From positions 7,568,001 through 7,632,000 of the forward strand of contig CAVNZM010000012.1 of NCBI GenBank assembly GCA_963693365.1: 64,000 nt of DNA, given 5' to 3'. Positions 1 to 25,433 of the stretch are shown here, piece by piece. This DNA comes from Amoebidium appalachense (taxonomy: Eukaryota; Protista; Ichthyosporea). Within the stretch, counting starts at the first letter, position 1. The number at the start of each line of letters is the position of its first letter. The position numbers and the translations under genes are program-made. The notes under the pieces were generated by a model that ran no database searches, had not been told where the DNA came from, and saw nothing but the letters and a program-made list of their open reading frames with translations.

Positions 1-578
1 GGAGAGAGACAGAGAGAGGGGGGGGGGAGGAAGGGGGGGAGATGGGGAGAGGGGGGAAGAGGGGGGGGGGGGGGGGGGTGGGGGAGGCTGAGAGAGAGAG
101 AGAGAGAGAGAGAGAAGGGGGGAGGGGGAGGGGGGGGGGGGGGGGGGAGGATGGAGAGAGAACACAGGTTCCAAGTTAGCAAAGTACGAAAGTCTACCTA
201 TGCTCCTAATACGGCACCATATATCCTTGCTGTGCACGTGGGCAGTGCATGCAGTGTGCAGGTGTAATTCTATCCCCTTGATCCCCTTGTTGCTTACGTT
301 GTCTGCATGTGGCAAGCTGTGTGTGAGTGCGCACTCCTGCACGCGTGCGTTCTAGGTGGTTGCGCACACACGCATGTATGTGTGTATGTGTACGCATGCA
401 CGTTTGGTCAGATACGATTCTCGATGGATGCTGTGTGTAGGCGGTGTGGGTGCTTGTGCTTGAATATGTGTGCGCGCAAGCGTGTGCATGTGCATACATA
501 CGTTATTACCCACACATGTAGGCTGGCGGGGCTGTGTAACTAAGTTGGCATGGGTTGCTCGTGTGTGTCACTGTGTGT

Positions 579-618
<40 letters not shown>

Positions 619-759
619 GTGTGCGCGCATGCGTGTGTGTGTGTGTGCGCGCGCGATAATGTGTGTGTGTGTGTGCCGCTTCTTTGGTTTCTTCGCCGGT
701 GCATGTACACCCTTATGCATGTAACTGTTCCACAAACCGGCCCCATACCCACCCGTATC

Positions 760-1006
760 CCCACATTTGCACTGACACCGTCTGTGTGGCTGGGAGAATA
801 TCAGCCATTCACCTCACCTTCCAGAACATACACCTGAACTTGCTATTAGTTTTCATGAGCTTTGCTTGGTTTTGTTACTGTGTCCACGCCTCTCCCCTTC
901 TCTCTTGCAGAGTTGGAGCCGTACTTGAATTCTTTCTGTCTCTCTTGTTTCTTTCTTATTCTTCTTCTCCTCTTTTGTGTGTGCGTGTGTGTTGTGTGTG
1001 TGCGTG

Positions 1007-1065
<59 letters not shown>

Positions 1066-1074
1066 ATGTGTGTG

Positions 1075-1112
<38 letters not shown>

Positions 1113-1378
1113 TGTGTGTATGTTAGGGGGGGGGGGGGGGGAGGGGGCGTGCACCAAGGCTTAAATCACTCAGGTAGTCTGTTACATAGTCGTGCAGATG
1201 CAAGGCCATGTGGTAGCTGATAGACACGGCCCAATCACCGTTCAGCTTGTGATATTCCTCGCGGTGCTTCTAAAGCAGGTCCCACAGCACAATGCTGTCG
1301 TTGGGGAGATACGACCGCAGGGCATTGTCCACAGCCGAGAGAAGAAGCTGGCACCAAGCACATGTCAGTACCTGACCC
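760..1378 (-). pseudogene. Decayed DNA-transposon (CMC/EnSpm-like) transposase fragment, apparently in two exon-like pieces
   Basis: Minus frame 1378-1150 reads VLTCAWCQLLLSAVDNALRSYLPNDSIVLWDLL*KHREEYHKLNGDWAVSISYHMALHLHDYVTDYL with an in-frame TAG at 1270-1272. A downstream piece after a CAG near 833 reads CMFWKVR*MADIL. Together these resemble the 'H..LHL..V....W.F.FER' region of CMC-type transposases. Recognised by eye only. Confidence 0.4.
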
Positions 1379-1680
1379 ATCTGAATGACCGGGCTAAAAA
1401 AAAGTGTCAGGTCTCGGAGTCCAGGCTTTGCTGACCAATTTTTCCAGTACCGAGTATGATCGATCAGATGCACGACGTTTTTTTTGGTTTTGTTTCTAGT
1501 TCCCCCATTTTGTTTTGCCTTTCCTGTCATTTCTTTCTTTCTTTCTTCTTTTTTTTTTTTTTTTTGGTGGGTGGGTGGGGTGGGTGGGGGAGGCGGTTGG
1601 AGGGGGGGGGGGGGGAGGGGGGGGGGAGGGGGGATTCCTCAAAACAGAATGATTGTGATGCCTTTCCTTTCCATAATACC

Positions 1681-1741
<61 letters not shown>

Positions 1742-1906
1742 GACACACACACACACACACAAAAAAAAAACAAAAAAAAAAACTTACACATATCCCCATA
1801 CACACGCAAGCACCTAAACCACCACATACACGCGTGCGCAGGGGAGTGAGATAGGAAGAACGGAGGTGTGTGTGTGTGTGTGGGGGGGGGGGGGGGGATG
1901 GAGGGG

Positions 1907-2033
<127 letters not shown>

Positions 2034-2325
2034 CAGGAAAAGGGGGGGGGGGGGGGAGGAGTAAATGAGCAAGTGTGCAAGTGGGATATTCGAGAACCAG
2101 TGGCGGCGGTGGCGAAGAAGGGTGTTCGGTGGGGGGAAGGCGGGGGGGGGGGGGGGGGGGGGGGGGTGTCTTATAAAACAGAGTAATTTTTCTTTTTCTT
2201 TTGACTGGATTTATATAACGGACGGATATGCAAGTATGCACGGCGAGTAATTTCAATAACGTTTTTCGATAACACCTTCACTCCCCCCCCCCCCCCCTCC
2301 CCCTCCCCCCCTTCCCCCTTCCCCC

Positions 2326-2356
<31 letters not shown>

Positions 2357-3009
2357 ACACCACCACCAACCCTTCCACCCCCCTTCCTCCCCCCCCCCCC
2401 ACACACACACACACACGCCCCCCCCCCCCCCCCCCCACCCACACACACAAAAAACAAAAAAAACAAAAAAGAAACCACACACATCCGCATACACCAGCGC
2501 ACCTAAACCCATCGGACATGTGAGCGCGCACACACGAGAGTGTGATGGGATGAATGGGCGCGGGGGGAAGGGGGGGGGGGATGGGGTGAGGGGGAGGGGG
2601 GACACACAGAGATAAAGCACAGGGAGGGAGGAGGGGGGGGGGAGGGGGGAGGGGGGGAGGGGGGAGGAAGTAAATAAGTGAATGTGCAAGTGGAAGAAAC
2701 CGAGACTCGGGACGCGGGGCGGCGCGGGGAGGGAGGGGGAGGGGGGAGGTAGGGGGGGGGGGGGGAGGGGGGGGAGGGTCACTGCATGTAGCCTTTGTGT
2801 TTGGGTGTGTGGGAACACTCAATAAACGGCTAAACGATTGTGTATAAGGAATTCCGGTTAAACAGAAATGGCAAGAGGTGTATGTGTATGGTGGTGGCAG
2901 CAGGGCTGTGTGGCAGTGGGGGGCCAAGAGGGTGGTATACACCGGTATCGCAAGAATAAGCCTTGCCGCAGTCAGGGTGCAAGTTTGTTGCAGACAACAT
3001 TATCAAGTG

Positions 3010-3100
<91 letters not shown>

Positions 3101-3534
3101 TGTGCGTGTGTGTGTGTGTGTGTGTATGTGTGTTGCCTTCCAGGGATGTGTGTCACTGCAAACGCACGTGCGCATTTTCGCACTGTTTACTATTTTTTGC
3201 CCGACTGATATATGTTTTTTACTTTATCGTTTGGCAATGCAGGCACACTGTGCCCATGCATGGGTAGTAGGAGAATCTCATGACATTTGTATCGCTCATT
3301 ATGACTTGTACCAACGGATCATGCATATTCCGAAACAGCTCTTGTTTCACCATATAAAAAATATAGCTTTGGAAACAAAGGGAAAAAAGGAAAAGAAAAG
3401 AAAAGAAAGAGGAAAATTGAGCTCAAACAAGCCAAAGCCATGGTGCTTTTGTGTAGGCACAGAGACGGGGGATAGGGTGAAGAGGGAAGACACAAGTTTT
3501 TGAGTTCGTTCTAGAGCAAGGAAGAGGGAGAGAA

Positions 3535-3600
<66 letters not shown>

Positions 3601-3938
3601 CGTGAGTGTGCCTGAGTGTGTGTGTGCCGGAGCATGTACGTTGTGTCTACGAACTTGGCCCAAAAAAGAAGTCTAAGGTATAGTGACACAAATGGTATTT
3701 AATGTAACATTTTCTTTTCGCGCATGCTATTATATGCCTTTCCTAACACTCAATACAAGCTACTTTGCAACTCCCGCTAGCCAAGTGACAACGCACCCGA
3801 AATCAGAATCACTGCTTCCGAAATCATTTAAGTGCAAAAATACTAGTGGAAGATAGTTGAGACGTGTGTGTGGTCAAGGTCAAATAGTGTGTCTGTGTGT
3901 GTTTGAGGGAGTGTGTGTGTGTGTGTGTGTGTGTGTGA

Positions 3939-4039
<101 letters not shown>

Positions 4040-4077
4040 GGGTACATGTGTGTGTGTGTGTGTGTGTGTGCCGGCGC

Positions 4078-4133
<56 letters not shown>

Positions 4134-4460
4134 CGGCGCATGTGTGTGTGCGTGTGCACCAGAGCTAATATATTAGCTTCGGCAAATGGCTTCGGTATGC
4201 ACATATGTGTGTGTGTGTGTGGTGTGAGCACACGTGTTACTTACTAATATCATACTCATCAAAACCAGAAGCGCAAGACACATGTACTACATTTTCCACT
4301 GCTCTCTACCATATATCCAAATAAGGCAAAAACAAATACATCCAGTCCGCACATTTTGAAAGCACACACAGAGTGCTTTCCCGTGACTTCAAAGAGAGTA
4401 AAAATTGAACAAGTGATTCCGTATGTCTTTCACATAGTACCTCCGGCTTCTACACAGCAG

Positions 4461-15225
<10,765 letters not shown>

Positions 15226-16807
15226 GGCCTTTCCCTAGATATCAACCCACCCAAGCCCTTTGGGGCACCCGCGTAAGCGGGAGAAAGACGTGACCTCTTT
15301 GCCTTCATAAGCAGTTGTGGTTTTGAGTGGCTAAACCCTGACCCGGAAACCCCAACTGAAGCTGAAAGGTGGAAAACGCCGATGAAATAAGACAAAAAAA
15401 AAGGTATGCCACCGCAAGCTTTCAATTGTTAGAAGTGCAAAATAGTTGAAAAACAACGGACAAAGATCCAGCTTGTGACCCGACTATCTAGTTATTGCTG
15501 AAGAGGTGAGGGAGGGTAACCCTCCAATATGTTTTCCCGCCTGCACTGCCAAAGAGCACAAACTCCGCTAGCAAACGTTATACTTATTTATCTGCAGTAG
15601 TTTGCTAAAAAAAAAAAGGTTTTGTTTACGATATAGCGATAACATCGAAGACTTGTTTCAAGCTCAGTGATTGTATATATCTTTGAAGTGAAAGGGCCTC
15701 CTGGTCGAAAGCTCTTTTGCGGAGTGCTTTTTCGTTCACTACAAACACATCCCTTAGTGAAATTATAAAGCAGTTTTAAGGCGACTATAAGACGCATATG
15801 AATCGTGTATCTTCTTTCATAACGCTTTAATGTGCATCCATTGGTGTAATGTCACTTCTTAGATCATAAAGGCGGCCCTACAGGCTACACTCTGACTCAC
15901 AGCCGCAAGTTGACCAAAGAGATGAGTGGCATAACTTCCCAGCAGTGCTGAGACGGTCCTCGTTACGTTGCAAGAGCTTGCTACCTCTACAAGAATTGCA
16001 TAGTATAGGAGGACTTGTCCGTACACGTTCTTCCTCCTCCCCTTCTATCCCGGAGCACCCGGTCCCCCCGCCCTCCTTACTCAGCCCGGGGCCCTCCCGG
16101 CGGCCGGAGGCTCGAGATCAACCCCCCCCCCCCCCCCCCTCCCCCTCCCCCCCTCCCTCCAAAACCCCCCTCCATACTCTCCGGATCCCTCCATATGTCC
16201 CTCACCCATATGCCTTGATAATGATGCATACACAGCTCGCAAGTACGAATACGTAAGTCGATAGACAGTGTAGCCGAGCCCTCTTCATCCTGAAAGTAGC
16301 TACTCTCAGCTCTGTCTCGATCTCTTTCTCTCTCACCGCCCCCCCCCCCCCCCCCCCCCCCCCCCTCTCGCCTCCCCGGCCCCCCCACCCCCCCCCCCTC
16401 CCCCAATCCCCACCCCTTCCTTCCCCGGGGGTCCCGCCGACTAGCTCAGGTAGCCTTCTGCCCTTTTGCTCCAGAGGCAGTCTCACACAATTTAGACTTT
16501 CCGTAAGTATTATGTAAATCGAACATATCCAACCATATCCACATACAACTGTTGGGAGAGGACCTTAGCGTCCATCATGATGCCTCCCGTTGCGTTTCCC
16601 GCGTTACAGCAGCTTTTGATTCCTAATCCATTTAGAACTTCTGTAGTTGCATGTCTTACAGATTTGCCACTCCGCGGCTGTGGCTTGATGTGCTGGCCTA
16701 CGGTGTATGCACGCCAACTGCGCACCTGCAGGCCTGGCATCTACATTCCAGTTTAGAGCAATGCCTTCAGTCCTCTTTATCAAACGACCTCCCCCCCCCT
16801 CCCCGGA

Positions 16808-16841
<34 letters not shown>

Positions 16842-17737
16842 CGCCTCCCCTTTCCACGAACATGCCCCTTAGCTACCTGTAGATCTTTTTAACTAATACA
16901 TGGGCGCCGGCTTCTTCCAGTTCCTAAGAATAGGAAAAGCTGCCAAAGTGCTCAGATAGTATGACTCACGTGCCTCTGTTTTTTCCTACTTGCGTATGAT
17001 CACGCTGAGTGACAGCTCATGCTACACTGGATCTTCAGTGAGAAGGGCCGTCTAGCGCACTGTTTTGGTTCTTTTTGTACTAAGTCTTGCTCCATCCTGC
17101 AGCAGGCACCCTATTACAATCACGCGATGGGAAGCAAAAAGTAAACTCTTCGGAGGCTCTCTCTAGCACACACACACACACACACACTTCCCCAACCATC
17201 CAGCACTCTCTACCTACCCATCATCTCGTTCCAACCCTCTTCGCCCTTCCAACAATCTTTTACACCAAACCCAACCAACCATTTACTTTCTTACACACAC
17301 AGACACACACTCTCTCTCTCCCCCAGGGAGCAAGGGGAGGGGGTGGTGGTGGGGGGGGGGGGGGGGAGATTCACAACTTGCGAACCGTTTTCTGGCGCAG
17401 ATGCTACAGAATACTTAGCCAGCCAAGGCTTAACGTGTAGGTGTATATATTCATGCAGCAAAAATCAGTAGCGAAGCCGTTTTTCGTTACTTGCTCTATT
17501 AGAAAAAAGTGTCCTCACAAGTGCAGGTATTGTATCCAGGTGTGTAAGTTGTGTATCTAACAGGCATGCTTTCCATTATGTCTGGCGAAAAAACGGCGGG
17601 TAGCTCAAGGGCTCTCTTTCACTTACATCTGCCCACATATGATACAGAGCTTAGAAGCTCGCTCTCTTCACCAAAGCTTCATGACACCTCCTTTCTGTGT
17701 TTTGTTTGCATTCTTCTGATTTCAACAAGAATCACAA

Positions 17738-17932
17738 CTATTTCCCAACCTCAGTCACTGGTGGCGGCCTTGACGGAATAACCTCGTCATCGAAGTCTCC
17801 GCTGTCGGTCGTGTCTGCCTGGGGGATGTTCATACTGTCAAAGCGCGCCTTGAAAGCTTCAAGCAGTTTCTTGTTGACGTGGTCTGTTTGTGTGGGTTGC
17901 CAGGTGCCATTTTCTGGTGTTTGGGCATCCAT
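17738..17932 (-). CDS. Small 64-aa acidic protein of unknown function
   Basis: MDAQTPENGTWQPTQTDHVNKKLLEAFKARFDSMNIPQADTTDSGDFDDEVIPSRPPPVTEVGK*. Non-repetitive, preceded by a probable 5'-UTR acceptor (ttttttacag ACAGCAAAGATG). The TQTDHxNKKLL..F segment looks like a conserved helix. Confidence 0.6.
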   Translation of the reverse strand: MDAQTPENGTWQPTQTDHVNKKLLEAFKARFDSMNIPQADTTDSGDFDDEVIPSRPPPVTEVGK

Positions 17933-18468
17933 CTTTGCTGTCTGTAAAAAATAGTCCACTGAAAGGACCAGCAAGGGAAAACCTGTGGATGTTTTGCTTA
18001 GAGATTTTTCAATATAGGTGCCACCGTTTTCTTTAAACTTGAATCTTTTCAAAGGGGGGCAGAAAAAAAAAATGAAGCTGGCAAAGAAGCTGCACTGAGC
18101 TCGATCCTGAATCGCCAGATCGGTTGTAATCGGCAACTCGGCCTACGATTGCTAGGTTCATTCGCTGTAGATCATGTATAGTGCTTGCCGCATACCTGTC
18201 TGCGGGCAATTTGATTGGCAGATACAGCTTCACGTTCGCCACATATTTCGATTCGAACAGGCAACGGCACATGCACTTGTACAAGTCTTTCCGGGATTAC
18301 ATGTTTTTTTGTTTTTAAGGGGTTTTTTGTTTTACGAGTTCCCGTCGTTTCCAAACAACGCCGCCTGGTATGGTGTTGTAATAGAAGCTAGTAAAGTATT
18401 GGGTCAGAACATATATAGGGTGATTCGTTCTGTACACGCTCGTAATGTTGATGTAGCAGAACCACAAA
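17933..18468. promoter_or_regulatory. Probable bidirectional promoter/5'-UTR region
   Basis: About 540 bp free of microsatellites between the divergent starts of the small protein (-) and NUS1 (+). Confidence 0.4.
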
Positions 18469-18976
18469 ATGGATGGTCTAGCAAAGAGAATCCTCGGCTT
18501 TGTCCTTCTCTCCTTGTTTCACATGTATGACAACGTTAGGAGATTATGGGATTATTGGTGCGAACGCGCCGTGTGGAGTTTTGTGTGGGCTTCTGGTGCA
18601 GCTGACCCAACACATCAACACATAAAAGATACAACACGACCATTCGGCAAGCTTCCAAAGCACATGGGTATCATTTTAGCTTCTGATGACGAAGCAGCCA
18701 AATTCCCTGCAGAAGATCTTGCGCGCGTGGTGACGTGGTGCATGGTTCACGACGTTCAATGTCTTTCAATTTATGATTGCAGTGGTATGATCCCTCCTCC
18801 CCCCCTCCAGCAGTTGTCCCAAGGCATGTGCAAGCGCTTGGAGATCGACAAAAAGACGCAGTACAAAACACAAACACGCATGCATTCGGGGACACAGATA
18901 GATACACATACACACACACACACGCACACGCACACGCACACACGCACACACGCACACACACACATCACACACAGTT

Positions 18977-19019
<43 letters not shown>

Positions 19020-19035
19020 GCCACACGCATACACA

Positions 19036-19069
<34 letters not shown>

Positions 19070-19463
19070 GACACAAAGGCAAGAACACACACACATGCGG
19101 ATTCGCCTGGATGCTCGCATACCAGATGAGGGGTTGCAGGTGTGTACGCAAGTCATCATAGTTACATACACATACTTTGGTTTACGAATATGCAGGGAGA
19201 AGTTCGGCAACCGGTGTACAGACACACTTCCACCCATACATGGCACACACACAAGCCCTGTAACCGGACATGCACATTCAATTATGCAAAAACAGACTTG
19301 TTTAGAAGACGAATCACACTCTCTGAGCAAAATGACACAACAAACAAACATCAGAGCAGTGGCTGGTATAACCCAGGTATATTGCTACCCCTGTGTATGG
19401 CTATGCTGGATAGGATACCCACCCATAGACCTGCCCGCCTCAGCCCCTCTCCTAATCCCCCCC

Positions 19464-19494
<31 letters not shown>

Positions 19495-20051
19495 CCAACA
19501 CCCACACACACCACCACCACCACCACGACCGCACCCTCACAACTCCCCCCCCCCCCCCCCCCCTCCCTCCCTTGATACGCACACTTCCATGACCTCCTCC
19601 ATTTACCCATCTTCAAGCCCTGGCATCTTTTTTACACCTCTTTCCTCCCCCTCTACCCTCATGTCCGAGTATGTTAAGTGCAAGCCTTTACTCACTCGGC
19701 AACGTATGCCTTCGACAGGGAATGTGAAGCGCAATCATCACATTTTGGAGAAAGAGCTGGCAGCCAGACACGCATTCTTTTTTGGCAAAAACACTGCAGA
19801 ACACAGTTACACAGTACTTTCGCGTGTTGAGGAGTTGCCAAGTTTGGCATTCGATGGGAAAGCCACAGAGCAACATAAGGTTTTGCTCCTGTCGGCAGAC
19901 AATGGGAGGAACGATGTTGTAGCGGCTGCACGGAGACTGTGTGTGGCCGTAGAGAGGAAGGAGTGCACAGCCGAGAGTATTACGAGGCAGATGATTGAGA
20001 AGAATCTGGCAGGTACGTGGATGTTGCCCCCCCCCGCCCCCTTTTCTAATG

Positions 20052-20082
<31 letters not shown>

Positions 20083-20203
20083 GGGGGGGGGAGCAGGGGG
20101 AGGGGGGGGGGGGGAGACGGACGAGGGGACGTGGCTGGGAGGGGGGGCGAGAAAAGGGATGGGGGAAGGGTGGGCAGAGTGTCGTGTTGTGTGTGTGATT
20201 TTT

Positions 20204-20234
<31 letters not shown>

Positions 20235-20926
20235 GGGGGAGGGGAGGGTGGGGGGGGGGGGGGGGGAGGATGTGTGATAGTGGTAGTGGTGGTGGTTGAG
20301 GAAGGTTGGGAAGGGGAAAGGGGGAGGATGGATCATACACATACACTACATACAAAAGACACACGCTTAATCACTCACTCTCGATCGATCTCGTTCCCCC
20401 ACCTACCCCCCCCCCCCCCCCCCCTCCGACCTTCTGTCTCTCTCTCTCTCTCTCTCTCTCTCCCCCCCCCCCCCCCCCCCCCCCCCTCCCGCCCGGGGGC
20501 TTCTCCTTCCCTGCCCCCCCCTTTTCTGCCCACATACACACGCGTGTATACACATACACAAACACACGCACACACCTCCCCGTCACTCTTTCCTCCATTC
20601 CCTCTGCCAGCCTCTCCTGCTTACTCTCTCACACGTTCTGTTCTGAGATATCAGCTCATGCCCCAGTACCCACACACCCCTCCACACCACCTTAACTGCG
20701 GCAGCCTTTGTTTTCGTTCCTCTGAGTTTATGAACACACATTCACTATTCCTCTTTCGTTCGTCGTGTCCTTATGCGGAATTAGGGTCTCTACATTTACA
20801 CAATCTATATAAATATAATTCGGTGTCCAATGCATGACCATCACAACCAAAATTGATAACCCTTTTACTTGTTCCCACTTCACATCAATCCCGGCAAACC
20901 CCCTTCACACCATCTCCCCCCCCCCC

Positions 20927-20977
<51 letters not shown>

Positions 20978-21065
20978 CGAGAGACCATCCCCCCCCCCCC
21001 CCCCCCCCCAAGTTTTTGTTGTCTATGTTAACCAACACAAGTACCATTGGCGTACAGCTTTCTAA

Positions 21066-21158
<93 letters not shown>

Positions 21159-21222
21159 GTGCATCAAAAGGACCTACGTTATTATTTGCATTCACAGGCA
21201 TGCGACACACGCCCACGCGCAG

Positions 21223-21275
<53 letters not shown>

Positions 21276-21360
21276 GGACCTACGTTATTATCTGCATTCA
21301 CAGGCATGCGACACACGCACACACACACACACGCACACACACAACACACGCACACAACCA

Positions 21361-21433
<73 letters not shown>

Positions 21434-22560
21434 CTACTGCCGGTCTACCCGACCCAGAGGTGGCCTTGGTTCTCGGACCCGTCAAATCGTTGGATGGGTT
21501 TTTGCCTTGGCAGAGCCGCCTGACTGAAATCTAGTACGTACTCCACTATAATGGATACCCCACTGTATAGCACTTACTCCATTGTATAATGTTTACCCCA
21601 CTGCATAGTACATACCCCTCTGCATATGACGTACCCCACTCTATGATACATGCCCCACCAAATCATATTACCTACCCCGCTGCATGTGACGTACACTGTA
21701 TATTGCGTGCCCAACTGGTTGATACATATCACATTGTATAAAATGACCCCACGGTATACTACCTCCCCACTGTCTACTACGTACCCCGCAATACGTATGC
21801 ATTGCATGCTCGTGCACCTGACGTATGCTTCTGCTCCCGTGACTGTACGACCACATTATACGAGTGCCCCCACCTCCCCTCCCCCTCCTGGGTCCCCATC
21901 CCTTCCGACCTATCCCCTTTCCAAACTCACTCGGCTGATCACAATCCCAATACATTATACAAGGTGCAGCATGTATAGCTCTGCACGATGTCATTCACAC
22001 ACACACTCTCTCTCTCTCTCTCTCTCTTCCACACACGCACACACACACACACACACACACTCCCTCTCTCGCTCTCTCCTCCCCCCCCCCCCCCCCCCCC
22101 TCTCTCCTTTCTTTCTCTCTCTCTCTTCCCCACCCCCCCCCCTCTCTTCCTCCCCCCCCCCCCTTTCTCTCTGTGTGTGTGTGTGTGCCTCTCTCTCTGT
22201 GTGTGTGTGCCTGTCTGTCCGTCTGTCTACCCTCCTTCCGCCCTCTCCTCTCCCTCACCCCTCCCTCCCCCTCCCTCCCTTCTTCCCCAAACCCACCCAC
22301 CCATCTGCCCGTTTCCTCCCCCCGTCCCGTCCTCCATCCCACATTCCCACCCCCGCAAATATGTCGTTATAATAATCCTAATCTTGGTACATAACCAGCC
22401 TGGTTTTTGTGTTGCCCTAATCGTAAATGATCGTGCCGTTTTCTAAACTTATGCTTTCTGTTTCTACAGCCAGCTACCCAGGCTTCGGGGGCTACCATAC
22501 ACGTCATTCTTGGCGGCGTTGCAGGCGTACGACAGATGCGTGCAACGTCTCGGAAAATAG
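18469..22560 (+). CDS. NUS1: NUS1/Nogo-B receptor, cis-prenyltransferase subunit (4 exons)
   Basis: Exons 18469-18784, 19719-20012, 21434-21533 and 22470-22560. Motifs: KLPKHMGIIL, LSIYDCSG, LLSADNGRNDVV, LPDPEVALVLG..LDGFLPWQSRLTEIY, terminal QRLGK* (RxG motif). Confidence 0.93.
21167..21320 (+). repeat. Direct duplication of about 46 bp between CA arrays
   Basis: AAAGGACCTACGTTATTAT(T/C)TGCATTCACAGGCATGCGACACACGC at about 21167 and 21273. Confidence 0.85.
21534..21800 (+). repeat. Degenerate minisatellite of about 19 bp in NUS1 intron 3
   Basis: Recurring TAC(C/T)CCACT...ATA units starting at the donor site. Confidence 0.7.
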
Positions 22561-23573
22561 ACCGGTGCACCCCACACGACATTTGTCAGTGTACGTGTGT
22601 GTGTGTGTGTGCACGTTCTTGTGTTTTGACTTTCGTCTTATTCGTGATTGATAGCATTTATGGATCGTTGAGTTCATTTGTCTGTTTAGAGTTATTGGCT
22701 GAGAATGTGCATCGATGTGTAGGTTTGTGGGTGCATTTTGTTGAGATAGTCCCTGGGGATGGGGGGGGAAGGCAGGCCGGGGTGGGGCCCGGGTTGGGCC
22801 CCCAGGGAGGGGGGGGGGGGGGGGGGGGGGCTGGCTTTCACCATAGACATGTACATGGCAGGTTTTATATGCCATCGTGCTTTCATAATAGTTATTGTGT
22901 TTCCATAATTATTAGACTAATTGACGTGCTAAGCCACATAATTGCATGTTGATGTCGCTCACTGCTGGGGAGTCTCTGAAAGGAAAAAATCTTACAAAAA
23001 GAAATCTAGATATAAAAACTCTACTTCCTCTTTTCTATTTTGGAATGTAAACTGGTAGAATTTCTTAAAGGGCCTGCCCAGATTTAGCTTAGCCTCTGAG
23101 CAGGAACCGCACAATTGTTGATTGACACTTTTTCTTCTCTGATGCACGAATGATGGGACATCATTTCGAGACACAAACGGATTCACGTGATATGTGCAAA
23201 GCATTAGGTTATTGATATCAATATTTCAGTTCCACCAGTGTGCTATTTGAGTTTGAGGAATAGTTAGGTGAGATGTTAGCGTAGGGGGCTAATTTATTGA
23301 ATTCTCTTAGGGGTGTTTAGTGTTCGTTTATTATTACTGTATTACTGTCCGTGTTCCCTGTTTTCGTCCCTTTAGGTTCTGAGTTTTGTTTTGCATCCCA
23401 CTTTGCGAGGTTTCTGTTTGCTTATGTGTGCATATTTTCGTTCGAAAATGTATGCTAATTTGGAGTCCTGGTGGCTCAATAAAATGTTCAGTAATTCATA
23501 AGTGAAGAAGAAAGGGATTGAATTGGCTAGAGGGACGGGCATAAATATGCATCATCAAATCACTCCCCCCCCT

Positions 23574-23617
<44 letters not shown>

Positions 23618-24738
23618 TTCCCCCCTTCCCCCCGGGGGTCGCGCAATTACACTGCCGCAAACACAGAGTGAAACCGAAGGAACGTAATAATAACAAGAAT
23701 CTAAGGATATTTGTGTAATTACGCGGACACACCGTGCCGGGCTGGGTCACACCTGGGCCTACCGTAAAAGGTGCATTCGAACGAGTTTTTTTTCTTTCCT
23801 TTTTGAGGCCTGTAAGGTCATACAAAAAAATCTGACTCATGTAGTGTCCAGGGCTATGTACCCACTGGCTTACGTTAGTGGCCGGGCACTACTACGCTAC
23901 AGGACTGCGGCAACAACAACAACAAAAAAAAAAAAAAAAAAAAAAAAAAAGTGCACGCCGTCTGTGGTGTGAACATGAACAGCATGTCAGCCACGTCAAT
24001 GACGTAATATTGGGTGTGCGCGCGGGAAGATCAACGATTGGTGGACGTAAAAGACCCTTATCGCCTATGCGGCGTTACAATTTTAGTGTTAAGCTTTAAA
24101 ACAGTTAAAATGCTCATCAATCGTCTTGCACAACTTCTTTGAAAGCTTTTAGATCGCTTATATCAGGCATATGTATTGGCAGATGTAAAAAAAACCCATC
24201 AGCCAGTGAGCCAATCACACGCTATGTCCAATCGCAACATCGCGGCACACGAATTCGGAGTCCACCGCGCCGCCAATAAACTCTTTATTTCTCTTGTCTG
24301 TGTGAGGTTTTCTTCACGCTCAGCTGTGTTCGTGTTTTGGAAGTTCGTGTTTTGAAAGTTGACTTTTCATGTTACAGAGACACGTTAATGGCTTGCAATT
24401 GTATGGACAAAAGACCTGTTTCCAAGAACGCAAGAAGTCTCAGAGTCTATATGATTGTTTGACTTGATACAACTCAAATTTGATTAGCAAGAGTCTGCGA
24501 GTACACCAAAGCAAACTGCTTTGAAGTGTCTATGACTCCATGAAAATCGAACGTAGCACAAATATCAGGCATTAAGAGACGCGAGGAATAGTTATTGAGT
24601 TCTCGAATTGTAAGTTGCAGTCATACAACACGCGCGCAGGGCCCCTACCCGACACCGTGTGAGACGAGGTCCACCTACGAGGAGATGGGTTTTGATCCGA
24701 CGCTCACTGACGGTATGCATATATGGCCGTGAAAGTGT

Positions 24739-24820
<82 letters not shown>

Positions 24821-25199
24821 TGCGTGTGTGTGTGTGTGTGCGCGCTTGCGTGTGTGTGTGTGCGTGTGTGTGCGTGCGTGCGTGTGTGTGTGTATGCGTG
24901 TGTGTGTGTGTGTGTGTGCACGTGTGTATGTGTGTGTGTGTGTGTGTGTGTGGTGTGCGTGTGTGCGTGCGTTCGCGTGCGCGTGCGCGTGTGTCTGTGT
25001 GTGTGTGTGTGTTACGGTGTGTGTGTGTGTGCGTGTGTGTGTGGGTGTGTGTTGAGTGTGCGTGCGTGTGCGTGTGTGCGCTTGTGTACACGTTTTTGTT
25101 TATGTGTGTGCGTGTGCGTGCGTGTGTTTCACGGTGTGCGTGTGTAGGTCACAACTTGTGTTTGTGTATGTGTGTGTGTGTGCGTGCGTGTGTGCGTGT

Positions 25200-25244
<45 letters not shown>

Positions 25245-25341
25245 ACGTGATGTGTGTAACAATAAATGTGTGCCGGTGTGTGCACGTGCGGGTCTGTGTG
25301 TGTGTATATAGCATGTAAATGTGTGTGTATCTGTGCGCATG

Positions 25342-25393
<52 letters not shown>

Positions 25394-25397
25394 TTCG

Positions 25398-25433
<36 letters not shown>

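Noticed and set aside
1270-1272. In-frame TAG suggesting stop-codon reassignment (TAG=Gln)
   Set aside because: PRKX and NUS1 end in TAG at their conserved C-termini, so this is a nonsense mutation in a pseudogene.
15900-17160. Possible decayed retroelement or GIY-YIG coding remnant (minus strand EARESYYLSTL)
   Set aside because: Multiple stops and no second motif; too weak to call by eye.
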